Part shown: piece by piece, positions 15,791 through 30,785 of the stretch
How positions within the stretch are numbered: the stretch's first letter is position 1
Layout of the letters: the number at the start of each line of letters is the position of its first letter
Assembly (NCBI RefSeq): GCF_009914755.1
Contig: NC_060929.1
Length of the DNA stretch: 64,000 bases
Strand: one strand, 5' to 3'
Source of the DNA: the human T2T-CHM13v2.0 reference genome, Homo sapiens
Translations under genes and position numbers: made by a program
Notes under the pieces: generated by a model
The model's database searches: none
Told to the model about the DNA's origin: nothing
The model's input: the letters and a program-made list of their open reading frames with translations, nothing else

Positions 15791-17425
15791 ATGGAACGTG
15801 AGGCTAAGCATGGCAACTCAGGAATTACGTGATTGAGTTCATTAGGATTAGAGCAAAACTAAGATGGGGAAGAAATTCAGGAGAATGGGGCCTTATTCAT
15901 CTAGAACATGAAAATAGGAAATGGGTGGGGACTGCCTCAAAATATGTAAGTCAAGCCAGAGACAGGACAACAAGATGGGTGCAGAAGCAGCTTTGACATA
16001 AATGAGAATTATGAGAAGGAAAAACAGATCGTAGATTGCACTAACAAAGTTGGGCTACTTAGTAGGTAAAAATGAGTTATTCTTCAGACGGGAATAAATA
16101 GTAACAACATTTGACTCTCTGGCAGTCAATAGAAAAATGCTCACTCTTTGTGCCTTAGCCATACATTCCACCAGCCTAGTATCTATGTAGGGGCTTCAAC
16201 AAAAAAAGGGTCATATTCAAAAAGCCTAAGAAACTTTGAAATTCACTTTGGGGTTGTACCTTGCTGAGTGCCATACAAAATAAATTAGTAGGATCACCAT
16301 GGCGCACTACAGCCTACAAAACTCATTTTACTTAAAGAGGACATGAGAACATATACAAGGCAAGGAACCTAAGACATGCTTATTATATATTTTCTTAAAT
16401 ATGTAAAATATACTCAATAAAGAAAAAAAAAATCGACAAATACCAGAAGGGATAAACTATAAATAAAAAAAATCTCTATGCCCTAACAGTACTTCTCAGG
16501 GGTCAACTTGACTCATATTTTGTTGGTTATCTCTTTAAATTAGTTTTCATTTTCCCAGCTAAATTGCTGATTTAAATTTTTAAATAAATACTGTTATTAT
16601 ACTCTCTCTCTCCCTGCATATAAAAAATATATAGTATATGCATATATAGCCACCTCCCCATATATATGTAGATACAAATATATGAACAAATGTTCATGTT
16701 TGTACCTATGGATTTATTATCTGTATCTGAAATATATTCTATGCAATGTTATATAAAACGATTTAACTGTTTCCATATGGAGCATTTTGTTCAATCCTTA
16801 ACACAGTGAATAATATAATAAATATTCTTTTACATATAACCTTGCCTACATTGATTTTTACCTAGAAAATATTCTGACATTTAGTAATATTTTCTTTTAA
16901 TCTCATTCTCTCAAATTTAGGTAGATATTAATGTTGTTAGCTAATAATTACTATTTTTTCTTTCTCGTATTTATAATTTTAATTATTCTTGAAGTTTTAA
17001 TATGTGGTAAAGGGCTATATAAAGTAATTTTGAATATAGGAAATGCCCTTGTATTGATGATAATTTTAATAGACATGCCCTTAGAGTTTGATAATTCTGT
17101 ATATTTGCTGTAGACTTCCAATAGGTGACATTTAACAAGTTAAGAAATATTTCTTTAATCTTATAAATGTGAAACAATGAAGAATAGATTTTGAATATTT
17201 ATCTGCTTTTTCTGCATCTAGTGAGATGATTTAAGGTTGTTTTTCTTCTTCTTTTAACTCTTAGTAGAGTGAATTCTATTAATAAAGCTTCAAGTGTTGC
17301 CTCATCTCTAAATTTCTGGAATAAACTCTATTTTGTACCTTGTTAATTTAATATTTTGGGCTATACAACCTACTGACACTTGAATCTAGTTTATATTTTC
17401 ATAGGAGTGCTTGTGTGTTCAGATG

Positions 17426-17801
17426 TGTATCAGTTCGTTCTCATGCTGCTGTAAAGAACTACCTGAGAATGGGTAATTAATAAACAAAAGAGGTTTAATT
17501 GACTCACATTTTTGCATAGCTGGGGAGACCTCAGGAAACTTACAGTCCTGGCAGCAGGGGAAGAAAGCATGTCCTTCTTCACATGGTGGCAGGAGAAAGA
17601 AGTGCCAGCAGGGGAAATGTGAGACGTTTATAAAACCATCAGATCTCATGAGACTCTCATTATCATAAGAACAGCATGGGGGGAACCACCCCCATGACCT
17701 AATCACCTCCCACAAAGTCCTTCCCCCAAGACATGGGGATTACAATTTGGATTACAGTTCAAGGTTAGACTTGGGTGGTGACCCAGAGCCAGACCATATC
17801 A
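17426..17801 (-). mobile_element. MaLR solo LTR (THE1C/D- or MST-like), 376 bp
   Basis: Termini tgtatcag...ccatatca; perfect 5-bp TSD agatg at 17421-17425 and 17802-17806; typical body (ggaaacttaca...ataaaaccatcagatctcatgaga). Confidence 0.93.
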
Positions 17802-20199
17802 AGATGAATTGTGTTTGAACTTATTTCTCTAAAATGAACATGCAGTTTTTCTAAAATTTAATGTTCCAGCTTAATAACATGGATTTTAAAAATTCTCACC
17901 TTTAATAATATCTGCCTCTCGTACCATGTTTGAAATGTACCCAAATTTTCTCTAAGTTAATTTGGTAACTTATATTCTTATACATCTGTTGACTTAATTT
18001 CGCTCATTTGATTTAGATTGTTAAATTTATTGGTATAAATTTACAAACTTTTCCCAATTTCTTTTTTTAAAAGCCTCGTTTATGGCTTTATGATGGTAAG
18101 ATTCTAAAACAAGTTATTGCGACTCATGGACTTATGCAACTCTTAAAAATGTATCATTACTTCTCTTGATGGCAAAGTCATGGTTCACTTATTATCTCAA
18201 TCCATTATTTTACATCAGAAAGAAAATGCTTTTTTTCAAATAAAATAATCAGCATTACTTTTTGGAGTCAAGTAGAAATTTTGCATTTTTTTGAGAAAAA
18301 AAAGACAAAATAAGAGACTTTAAGGAAGCTTTGCATTAGAAACTTTGGGCCATTCTCTCAGACCTTGAATGGATAATCACTCATATTCTTCCTTCAGATT
18401 TCAAGTAGGAAAGTAAAGCATTTAGACACATAGAAAAAAAGCAATTTGGAAGGAGAGACAGAAAATGTGTGTTGGGTGTACTATTGTTTCTCTTTCTCTC
18501 AAATGAGAGAAATTATTAATCAATTAATTTTCTAGATATTTAGATATTCCTGGTGTTACATGTAGAGGATTACTATAAGCAGCAGCAATGGAATAGTATT
18601 TTTGCACATAAAGTCAAGAAAGATAGTTTCAAGATTCTACGATGATCTTGACTGTGACTTTAACCTTGGGTAAGTCACTAACGTATAGTTTTGTTATCCA
18701 TATCAGGAGGTGATTAAGTTTGTCCATTGGAATTTGGTGGGCAGGCTCTTCAGGCTATTACAGGAAGCTGCAATAAAGCAGTAGAAGCACAGGATATCTA
18801 CATACATTACCATGCCCCAAATCCCACGAAATCTAACTAAAGAGCACAGCACACAATTCTACCACAAGCCCTTCAAATATTAATGGGTTCTCTTTAATTA
18901 ATAAAGAAGACAGAAAAACATATTGCAAAAGATACCTGAAGGAGATTAAGCTTACGATGACCACAGACTTTATCTAAAATCAAATTTCAAATCAGGTAAG
19001 AACAGTAAAACCAAACAAAAAGCAAACAATAAAATTAAAGTATATAGGTAAAGCCAAAAAGTAAAACAGGGCATGGTTTGGTCCTAAAATGCTATAGTAT
19101 TATGTCAAGTTCATTCTCCTTTATTCTAATTTTTTAATCTGAATAGCTTCCTTTTTTCCCCTACATCCTTTGCAAGGTATTACATAGTTTCTCTATGTGT
19201 TTAATATTATCAAAATCTATAATGGTTATGATTTTTACCTGGCATTCTATATATTTTTTCTTATGGTTTTCTTTTCCTGGTTGAATTTTTCTAAATTATT
19301 TGTTTACATTTCTTCACTTTTTAAACTTTAAAAACTAGGAAGAGCGAATATCTACATTGCAATATCTAGGTTAACATAATATGAAAGCTCTATACACCTT
19401 AACATCAACTATTAAACAATAATAAATTTCCAGAGTGGAAAAAAAGATTCACTAAAAATAGCTGGAATTTAAAATTATATTTTTCAGCCTGTTAATGTAT
19501 CATATGGAGTAAAAATAAGCCATAGGGAGGAAATGGAAACTCTATCAAATGCCTCTCTATTGCAGTAAACTTAATTATACAGCACACCATAAAATGACAG
19601 TAATATTAGAGAGGAAATGTAGCAATTTCAGATGTGCAATAACTGCTTTTTACAAGGAAATAAGTTACATCAAGTACATATACCTATACAGTCTAATACT
19701 ATTTTCCAGCAAGAGCTGGTGGGATTCACAGTCAAGGGGAGGCAAAGATTTAACTAAGCTGAAATCTGACTAGTCCAGGAAGGTTTGCCTATGAAAATCA
19801 CTGCATGTAAGTGTGTTCTCTTGCTAATACATAATAAGCACCTAACATAAAAATTCACATTCAATTTTTAAATATATATGTATACATACGTATGTAATAG
19901 CCTCAATCAAAACCCTTATTAACAGTTTAATTCTTGGCTTTTAAAGAAACTCTGAAGTGCTTTTTGCTACATCTGACCTATGTGTACATAACATAGAACT
20001 ACATCATAGGAACAACATCCCATTATGAATTTAAGAGAATTAATTGTAATGTTTCTAAAGAAGCTTTGATATATAATCATGCGAAAAAATCTTTCATTTA
20101 AAACCTGAAAGATAACAATTGACTTTTTAAATTTTAATTGGAAAGATTATCAAGAAATCTCTGTCTTCTATGATTATTTTCTTTAATTTAAGAAAAATT

Positions 20200-20551
<352 letters not shown>

Positions 20552-20575
20552 TCATTACATCAGCAATTATAGCCT

Positions 20576-20702
20576 TGTGTGTGTGTATATATGTGTATAT
20601 ATACATTATATACATACATAAATATACATATATGTATATTATATATACATATGTGAATGTATATAATATACGTTTGTGTGTGTGTGTGTGTATACATATA
20701 TA
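20576..20702. repeat. TA/TG/CA-rich simple repeat
   Basis: Seen directly; adjoins the tail of the next Alu. Confidence 0.9.
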
Positions 20703-21076
<374 letters not shown>

Positions 21077-24000
21077 TGATGGTTTTTCCACTTACTATCT
21101 GAATGACCTCAGGGAAATTCTCTAAAACTGAATCTGTTTCTTTTTCTATAAAATTACTGTATTAATGCCCACAAGTTTTATAGTTGTTATCCATGATAGA
21201 AATAATGCATGTAAAGTTTCTACTACATTTCTAAGCACATAGTAGGCAGATAACATACTGATAGCTGTTATTTCTTCTATCATCACGTACATGGTGTAGT
21301 ATACACTAGGCTTCATAATTTCATTATTAAGTTTATCTGTTGACCTTGGGTAACTCAATCTCTTTGGAATATTCATAAGACCATTTATGTTTATGAGATT
21401 TTTGCAAATTCTCCAGATTTTATTAAAAAGAATATGTGCCTTGGTGCTTTGTATGTCAGATTCTTACTATCTTGCATTAAAACAAAGAGATATAGGGTCG
21501 TGTTTCGGGAAACAGAGAAGTATAAGTTGTGGCATAGAATGACAGATTACTAGGTAAAAATGTTACCTGACTGAAGATATAAATCAGTGCTTCTGAAGCT
21601 AAGGGAATTGGAGAGGAGGGGTTATAATAACAGGAAAGTGAGTGATTAGAGTGTCCTAATTTTGTGCTCATTGATAAAATAGAAGGATGAAGGGACAGTT
21701 TGAGAGGAAGGAGACAAAAGTCAGCTTGAGAGGACACAATAAGCCTCCAGGTAACGATGAGAAGTGGACATTGGTGGATGGACATAGTCTGATGCTCCTG
21801 GTGATACTGACAAGAGGTTACTGTCAGCTGGTGCAAAAATTATCTCCTTGCTTGTTTGTTATTGCCTAAAATTCTTTGATCAAGAATTACATTTTTTATA
21901 TATAACTGCAGTGGGGTAAAAAGTTCTACGCTTTTGATTGCAGACATTTTAAAATGATCTGTAAGTAAGTTTATTAAGTTATCTCTTAATATATACGCAG
22001 ATGTATGTCATGGCTTATACCTAAAAACTGCCCGTTTATAATATCACTACTTTCCCTTTTTCCTTTCTTCTCTCTCACTCACCTGCCTACTCACCTAACT
22101 TCCTTTCATCCTTCTTGCATATTTACCTGGAGAGGGAGTGTTCATCTCCTCTCTATGACATATTTATATCTTTGTCTAAAGCCTGTGAATATTAGGACTA
22201 AAGACTACATCCCTAATTTATTGATTTTTCTCTGGGGATATTTGGTATAAAGACAGAAATTTAGTAAGCAGGTGACATTGTAAAATTTGTTAAATAGAAT
22301 TAATTCCTCTCCATAAATATGAATAAGTGGTTCTTAAAGATAAAATGTCAACTATTCACTCACCTCTTTGATAGGTCATTGGGCACACATGCCATATGGC
22401 AGATGTGGTGAAGTTAACACAGGAATAACAGGATATTCTTCCTTGAAGATGCAAATTATGACAAGTTAATTCTAGAATGGCTGAGATAATTAGTAATTGC
22501 CTACTCTGAACCTGACAATATATTATGCTCTTTGTATACATACGTTAACTCCTAAGTTTAGAGCAACTCTGGGATAGTAAGTGGTATGTGGTCCATACTA
22601 CAAAGAAAAAAAATTAAAAAAAAACAAGGATTCAGTTCACACACAATAGTAAGCAGCAAACTGAGTATTAATGTAAATGTAAATGATTCTTCGACAACCC
22701 CAGAGCCAGCCAATGGAACCAATGTTTACCATCCTACTTCAAAATTTTTCATCATCATATAAACAATGATCTATTATATTCATCTGTAAGAGTTATTACA
22801 AAAATAAAGATAAAATACTCCAAATATATGAAATCAGTGTTTTAGATATCAATTTATTTTTTATTTTCAAAACTGGGATTTATAATTTTTACACTTATAG
22901 AATTTGCATAGTCAACAGGAAGATGCTGAAGATACCACTATGTCATTGGACAACTGTGCAGTGCTTTTCAGGTTGAAGGAAAGCATCTATCACCAGCTGC
23001 ATGAGCTCAGGGGAAAAAAAATATGTTGCAAGAATTCATTATTTTTCTCCATTTCTAGCCCCTGTTCCTATTCAGGTACAGCAGCACAGATGGTGTTGTG
23101 GTAAAGACACATAACACTGTCAGGAGCTATAATATATGACACAAATCTGGCATTCCACATTCCCACAAGTTTCAAGGTTAAGATAGAAACTGGTCACTTT
23201 TCTGACATTCAATTAACTTCTTTTCTTTGTATTTGCATTAAAATATAAAATTATTTTTATGAGAGAATCTTCCCTAATTCATTCATTTCTATGACTCTAT
23301 GAGTTTATTTTATTAACATAGATCTAATAATATTTTGAATTATTTTAGTGTATCTTGTGTTGTCATAAGTATGCTCTTAAAAGGTATTCAATTAAAAATT
23401 GAATTATACCTAAATTAATGAGAGAAGCTTGGTAACGGGGTTAATGGATAATGCTTTTGAAAATTCAAAGCTATTATACCTTTCTACTCATATATATACA
23501 GTTTTCAAATATATATATATAGTTTTCATATATATGGTTTACTTGAAGTAAGAATATGAATATACTCTCTTTTATCAGTTAATAACAGGTTGTTACAGAG
23601 TACGTATATATGAGAATATTCTTTTCTAGAGACTATAAATTGCAAAGTTACGTAGGATTACAATATTTTCAAAAACTAAATGGTGAGACAATATCCTACT
23701 AAGTGTGAAAAGGCAGTAAATTTCAGGGAATAAAGAAAAACATTTGGTCTTCTATAAAGCACATATAGTAATAAACCTAAAATCATAGGCTTTTCATTCC
23801 AGATTTTTCCTTTGAAATTCAAACACAAATTCATCTTCTCTGTCTCTCAAGTCTTCATCCAGAAGCCCCTTCATCACAGGGAACAGAACAATGAGCCATC
23901 TTCCAGTGAAAAAACTAATTAAAGAAATTAAAATATGTATCTGAATATAGATGGTATTTAACTCAACATATGTTAAAGGATATTGGTTAGTGTGCCTCCC

Positions 24001-24090
24001 CATAAAAGGCTGAATGATTTTTCTCTCTTGGATGTATAAAGCAGAACTGAACCGAAAGACTGAATATGCTTTTAAAAATGAGCACCACTG

Positions 24091-24445
<355 letters not shown>

Positions 24446-24989
24446 TTAGATTCCCAAAACACTGAATCACAAAGGCTAATGTTGATAAGGAGCTGGAGGC
24501 TGTGTTATGTTTAGGACAATATAAAGGTCTTTTAAAATATTTCTGGACCAAGATAGATTACTGGGCAAATATACTGTTCCTCAAATTCAGTTTCTCAAAG
24601 GAAACTAACAAAATTTACTATATTTTTGTGGATATAAAGGGAAATTTAAGGAGAGAGTAGTGAGTATTTTATTTATATATATATATGTATAATGACAAAT
24701 CAGGCTCCAAAGATACCCTGAATGACAGAAATGATGGGAGTAAATCTAGGAAGTTGGAATTGATAATTTTCCATCTACATTTCCAACTAACATATGTGGA
24801 AGTGCAAATAAAAAACATTAAGTTCTTTCTGTGGGACGTAAACCCGAAATCAACAGTGCCAGAAGTGTTATGTGGTCACCAATAATGTATTTGATATTAC
24901 TTCATATTAATAGAGTTATGTTGTTCAGAAAAATACCTTGATAGGAACTACATAATTGGGGTTGTATTACTTACATGGTGTTCTCCTTT

Positions 24990-25350
24990 ACCCCCCATTT
25001 AGCTTGCAGCATGAAATCCAATCATACTAAACCTCTATCAGTTTCTCAAAGGCAACATGTTCTCTTAGGAGGTGGAAAATAATTCTCCCCACTCCCTTGG
25101 GTTGAGCCTTCAGATTTTACCTTCAAGACCCCATGATCAAGTCAGTTGTCCCTCTTATGTCTTCCCATTACACTCTACTTGCCAATTCTATCCCTGATCA
25201 CACTACTTTGTAGTTGTTGGCTGGCTTGTTTGACTTCTCCCATTAGACTGAACTCTATGGAGGCAGGGCCATGTCTATTCTGTGATCACATTTGCATCTT
25301 CTATTCCTGACAGAGTACCTAGAACAAAAATGGCTATTGAATAAAAGTAT
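24990..25350. mobile_element. L2 3' fragment
   Basis: cccattagactgaactctatggaggcagggccatgtctattctgt...cctgacagagtacctagaaca matches L2 3'-end motifs. Confidence 0.55.
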
Positions 25351-26439
25351 TTAAATAAGAAAAGAGATTGTTCAGTCCACTCCGCCTGTGTAGACAACTG
25401 TAAAGAAGTGCTCCATTCTGAAACATTGCATGTAGTGTTAAGTACCTGGCTAAAATATGTACCTGGAGGAGAAGCTACCAATAGGGAGAGGGAAAATATT
25501 CTATATAATGACAGAATGGGCACCTTCAATAAGAGAAGCACTAGAAAGAATAAAACATGCTTTTTTTTTTTTTTTTCCTCAGATGACTGTAAACTAGCGT
25601 GGAAGAAAAAAGATGTTTTCTATGTAGCATGATCAGAGGACATAGGTATTATTAATGGATAGAAGTAATAAAGAAATGGATTCTACTTCAGCATAAGCAA
25701 ACATCAACTAATGATTAGCCCTGTCATAAAATGACACTGGATCTTGTGGCACAGAATGTTGTTTTCATTAGGATGGCTACTTTTGAGGGGAGGAATGGAA
25801 GGAATTGATGAGTTCATGTGTTAGAAAGACTAGAAGGTTTCTCAGGCATATTTAATGTTATGTGGGGTAACTAGGTTAAAGGAAAAAGCAGAAGAAATTG
25901 GAGTGACAGTTTGGTGACTGCTGTTGTATTTGGAGGTGACATTTGCCAAGCACTTACTGAATACAGGCACCTCGCTGAAGCTTTACCATGAAAATATCAG
26001 CGTTTTCTAATATTAGGACTTGATATCTGCTAATCTTGGAAATGTTTGAATTCGCTATTACTATGTGACTCTCCAGATCTGTTTCTAATTTTGTATTTCA
26101 TTCGAATACATTTTTTTAAAACTTGTGTATTTATTTAATAAATCCTTACACAAAGCTATGTGTCAAAAACATTTCAACACTTTGATAAAAATGAAATCAT
26201 TTAATCCACATGGTGTGATTTTTATCCCTTATTTGCATAACTGAAGCATAGAGAGGTTAATAGTTTCTATGAGGTCACACAGGTGAAAATAGACAATGCT
26301 AGGACTCCAACCCCAGTTCTCTATATGGTTGGGATCATCTGAAGGAGCACCTCCCAATCAAATGGCCACGTGGGGCGCTAGTTCATTCTGTTTAACCATT
26401 ATATACCATTGTATGAACATCCTGATATAAAGGTTCCAA

Positions 26440-27900
26440 AGCCTTTATTCCAATTTGTGCTATTTTGTTTGAGGCGTATGTTTTAGAAGAAACATATCAT
26501 CCCACATTTGTAAATGTATCCAGTCTGATTATGCCTTTTAATTCGTGAGTTTAGTTTGTTTACATTGATTTTCTTTATAGGTACATTTGAGTGTATGTCT
26601 ACAACCTTATTTCGCATTTTCTATTTGTGCCATTTTTTTCTTGACTGTGTTTTTTCTATTTCTGCCTTTTGTTTAAATTAAAGATTTCCATATTCCCTCA
26701 TTTACATATTTTTTTCTCTCTGCAGATTTAGAAAAGACTCATTCTATATTTTAGTGTTAACTTTAAAGTTTAATATCCATGCTTAACAATACATCTTGAT
26801 TTAATAATTTGATGACCAGGTAATACTGCTGTCTTTTCTTGAACATAATAACTTCAGTATGTGTAAACTATTCGGTAATCATTCCTGAACAATTTATTGT
26901 TTATATTTTTCCTTAAGCACCACATACACAGACATGTACACATACATATACATAAAATCATATATACAAGTTGTTAGCTACTGAGTATTATTAGTTGTTA
27001 GCTATTCTAAAAATATCTGTATTCACCATTATCTTTCTACCTAATGCTTTTCCTCTGGTTGCATTTTTCTTTTAATTAAAATTGATGCTTTAATAATTCC
27101 TTTACTAAGAATTTATTCGATGGACTCTTAATCTTTGCATGAATGATTTTAGCTAGAGATAATATTTTAAGCTGACAGTTATTTTCTCTCTAGCTTTTGA
27201 AAGCACTTCTTGCATTTCTTTCAATTGATAAGGACATTTTCCTTTGGTTTAATTATTATTTTTTGCTAGTTAATACGATTTGTCTCTGGATTTTAAAAAT
27301 TTTAGTTTAGCATGATGTGTACAGTTTCTCTATTATGTGTTTAGGTGGGAATATGTTTATCTATCCTGTTTAGTACTTAGAGTGCCTTCTGAATCAGAAT
27401 CTCCATGTCCTACCTTGATTCTGAAAAGTTTATTACCAGGTATTTTTTCAAATATGACTTCCAGCTCATTTTTCTGAGACACTTATCAAATATATGCCAG
27501 AGCTCCGTATTTTATACTTTATGTATCTTTAATTTTTTATGTTTACATATTTGTGTTTCTGTGGTGTGTTCTGAGTACATTCCTCAATATCATTTTGAAA
27601 TTCAGTCAGTCTTCCCAATGGTGGCAATTGTGTCTTGAGTTTGGTCTGTCTACTGAGGGAAGTTTTTTGTTTTTGTTTTTGTAATTGCAGTGACTACATA
27701 TTTCTTTATTAAGAGTCCTTATGGGTTCCTTTCCTGTCTTCTTGCTTGTATTTGATCTCTGCTTCATTAAAAAAAAATAGATGTGATTGTCATTTTTTCA
27801 GTTGAGCATTGTAAACCGTTAATTATTAATGAGTTTTACAATCTTATACATATGAACATTTCATCTTGGGTGAATTCAAGTTCTGGTTGGTGATTTTGAG
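26440..27900 (-). mobile_element. Very old L1M (L1ME/MC-like) internal fragment
   Basis: T-rich antisense text with atccagtctga...ttttaattcgtgagtttagtttgtttacatt and ttgattctgaaaagtttattaccaggtattttttcaaata. Confidence 0.5.
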
Positions 27901-27906
27901 AGCCAC

Positions 27907-28000
27907 CTACCTACCTTCCTTCCTTCTTTCCTTCCTTCCTTCATTCCCTCCTTTCTTCCTTCCTTCCTGTCCTTCTTTTCCTTTCTTCCTTCCTCCCTCC
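27907..28000. repeat. (CCTT)n polypyrimidine tract, probably an expanded Alu tail
   Basis: Seen directly. Confidence 0.9.
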
Positions 28001-28004
28001 TGTG

Positions 28005-28152
28005 CAGGCTGGAGTGCAGTGGTAGCAATCAGGGCTCACTGCAGCCTCGACCTCCTGGGCTCAAGCCATCCTCTTGCCTTAGCCTCCCAAGTAGCTGGGA
28101 CTACAGTTACAACCATCACATCCAGCTAATTTTTTGTAGAGCTGGAGTCTCC
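28005..28152 (-). mobile_element. AluJ right-arm fragment
   Basis: ctcactgcagcctcgacctcctgggctcaagccatcctc are AluJ diagnostics. Confidence 0.85.
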
Positions 28153-28549
<397 letters not shown>

Positions 28550-28565
28550 TAGTTTTTATGTTTCC

Positions 28566-28859
<294 letters not shown>

Positions 28860-29825
28860 TATGTTTCCTTTTTAAAATTAATCAGTTTGTTGGTTCACCT
28901 CCAGCTTGCCGTCTGGTGCTTATTCAAGAACCGGGTTTTAGAGTAAAAGTTTGCTACTCTGACCCACAGGAAAGTAACAGAGATGGCCACTAAGCAAGCA
29001 CAGAACTCGATTCATTTCTTACCTTTGAAAGTGTGGCTTTCTGTTTTCATAATTCCACAAGTTTATAACATCTGCAGCCCAAGAGAGCGCAGTTTTTTTG
29101 TTTTGTTAAGCCTCCTCTAATAAGCATCAAGAGTTCTGGGCATCCAATCTTTGCCATAATAAGCAGTAGGCCTGGCTCTATACATCCATATATGGGAGTA
29201 CTTTTAATCCCAATGGCCCCAGAGAAACTGACCTCTTGTCACTGCCTGCTTTGGAGCTTTTAATCCCAGAAGGCCAGAGGATGTAGTCTTACTCATCTTC
29301 TTATATTTATGGCTCATGAAAATGTCTGTCCAGTTTTTAAGGCCAGCTCTGTCTTTCACGTTTTCTCTTTTTCTGTTTTATCTAAAACTGCTTTGTAATG
29401 AGGGCAGGGGTTGCATCATAGCGTGATTTTACTGTCTTCCTGGCATGAAATGATGTCTTACTCATCAGTTCATCATCTGTGCTTGCTTTTGTTTATGATC
29501 ATGGAGACTTACTACTATATTTATGTTAGGATAGTGATAAAAAAACAGAATTGGACTTAAAACATAGTAACATGGTAGTGCTATTGAAAAGTCAAATACA
29601 CATACACTATATAGTGGATTGAATAGAACAGAGCAGTGGGGAAACAGTCATCATGGTGTATTCAAATTTGCATCAGCAAACTGAACTCAGTTTGACAATC
29701 ACTTTCTAAATGGTGATTCGGTTTCAACGAAACAACACCTTCAGCGGTGAAAAAAAAAAAAGCAGTATTATTGATATGCATACTACTGGTATAGTTGTTT
29801 TCTTTGTAGTCACTTTATAAATGTC

Positions 29826-30340
29826 TTTTTTTTTTTTTTGGAGATATGTGTGCCTTTATTAGCGGAGCCACTACTTGAGGGAGATGAAGCGGGAGGAGTG
29901 GGTGGACCCAATGCCAGGCCGGCCGTGCTTCACGGGCTTGTAGGTGATGGAGAACTCGCCCAGGTCGTGGCCGATCATCTCCAGCTTGATCTCCACCTGG
30001 TTGAAGGTCTTGCCGTTGTAGACGCCCACCCTGCTGCCCACCATCTTGGGAGGGATGATCATATCCCGCAGGTGCGTCTTCACCACTTCCTGCTTCTCTA
30101 TGGTCGGCGCCTCCTTCTTGGCCTAGCATAGGCGCCTCAGCAGCGAATGCGGCTTGAGCCTCAGCATTCCGCCACAGGCCGTGGTTCAGCCGCCGCAGCT
30201 GGCGCGCGCCGTACAGCTGCCTCAGCTGCTCAAAGGACATGTCCAGCAGCTGGCCCAGGTCCACACCGCGGTAGGTGAACTTGCGGAAGATCCGCTGCTT
30301 CTTCTCCTCTACCTCTGCCATCTTGCCGGATCCTCTGAAA
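29826..30340 (-). pseudogene. RPS15: Processed pseudogene of 40S ribosomal protein S15 (uS19); symbol given is the parent gene
   Basis: Intronless. ATG at 30321-30319 ([22 protein letters not shown]...); C-terminal half in another frame ([33 protein letters not shown]...HSSRFISLK); TAG at 29873-29871; AATAAA in a short 3'UTR; genomic poly(A) at 29826-29839; 5'UTR gaggatccggcaag. CDS span of 451 nt equals 438 plus a 13-nt frameshifting insertion. Confidence 0.97.
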
Positions 30341-30398
30341 ATGATTCCGTAAGTGCCAGAGTCCTTCACATATGGATTTTAACCTAATTCTGTAATGA

Positions 30399-30678
30399 TT
30401 TTAATTAGCTGATATATTAAAAACAACGTCAGTAAGTTTTTCCCTTCAAGGAAGCCTCAACTTTGAGAAACGGTGAATTACGTGAGGTGAACCTCGTATT
30501 TATGTGAGGAAAGCTCTGCACTGGTTTTGATTCTCACATTTTAATTAGCTGATACATTAAAAACAATATAAGTAATTTTTCCCTTCCGGGAAACCTCAAC
30601 TTGGAGTAACGCTGGATTACGTGAGCTAAACCTCGTAATTATGTGAGAAAGGCTAAGTATTGGTTTTGTTTCCCACAT
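30399..30678. repeat. Diverged tandem duplication, 2 x ~140 bp
   Basis: Units start ttttaattagctgata(t/c)attaaaaacaa at 30399 and 30539 and align through ...tggttttg.tt..caca. Confidence 0.92.
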
Positions 30679-30681
30679 TTA

Positions 30682-30785
30682 CGTGAGGAAATTGAGGCAC
30701 AATGTTAAGTGTCACAAGGTCAAGTAACTAGTAAGGGGCAGGCCAAGATAGAAATCTGTTTGCAGAACTCTTGTGCTTAATGACT
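30682..30785. mobile_element. MIR core fragment
   Basis: gaggaaattgaggcac..gttaagt...caaggtca...actagtaag...gtgcttaa. Confidence 0.6.

Noticed and set aside
29810-30350. TSD around the RPS15 retrocopy
   Set aside because: Only a short aaatg match on both sides, too weak to call
29838-30387. Plus-strand ORFs of 97 and 77 aa over the pseudogene
   Set aside because: Antisense shadow frames of a GC-rich CDS
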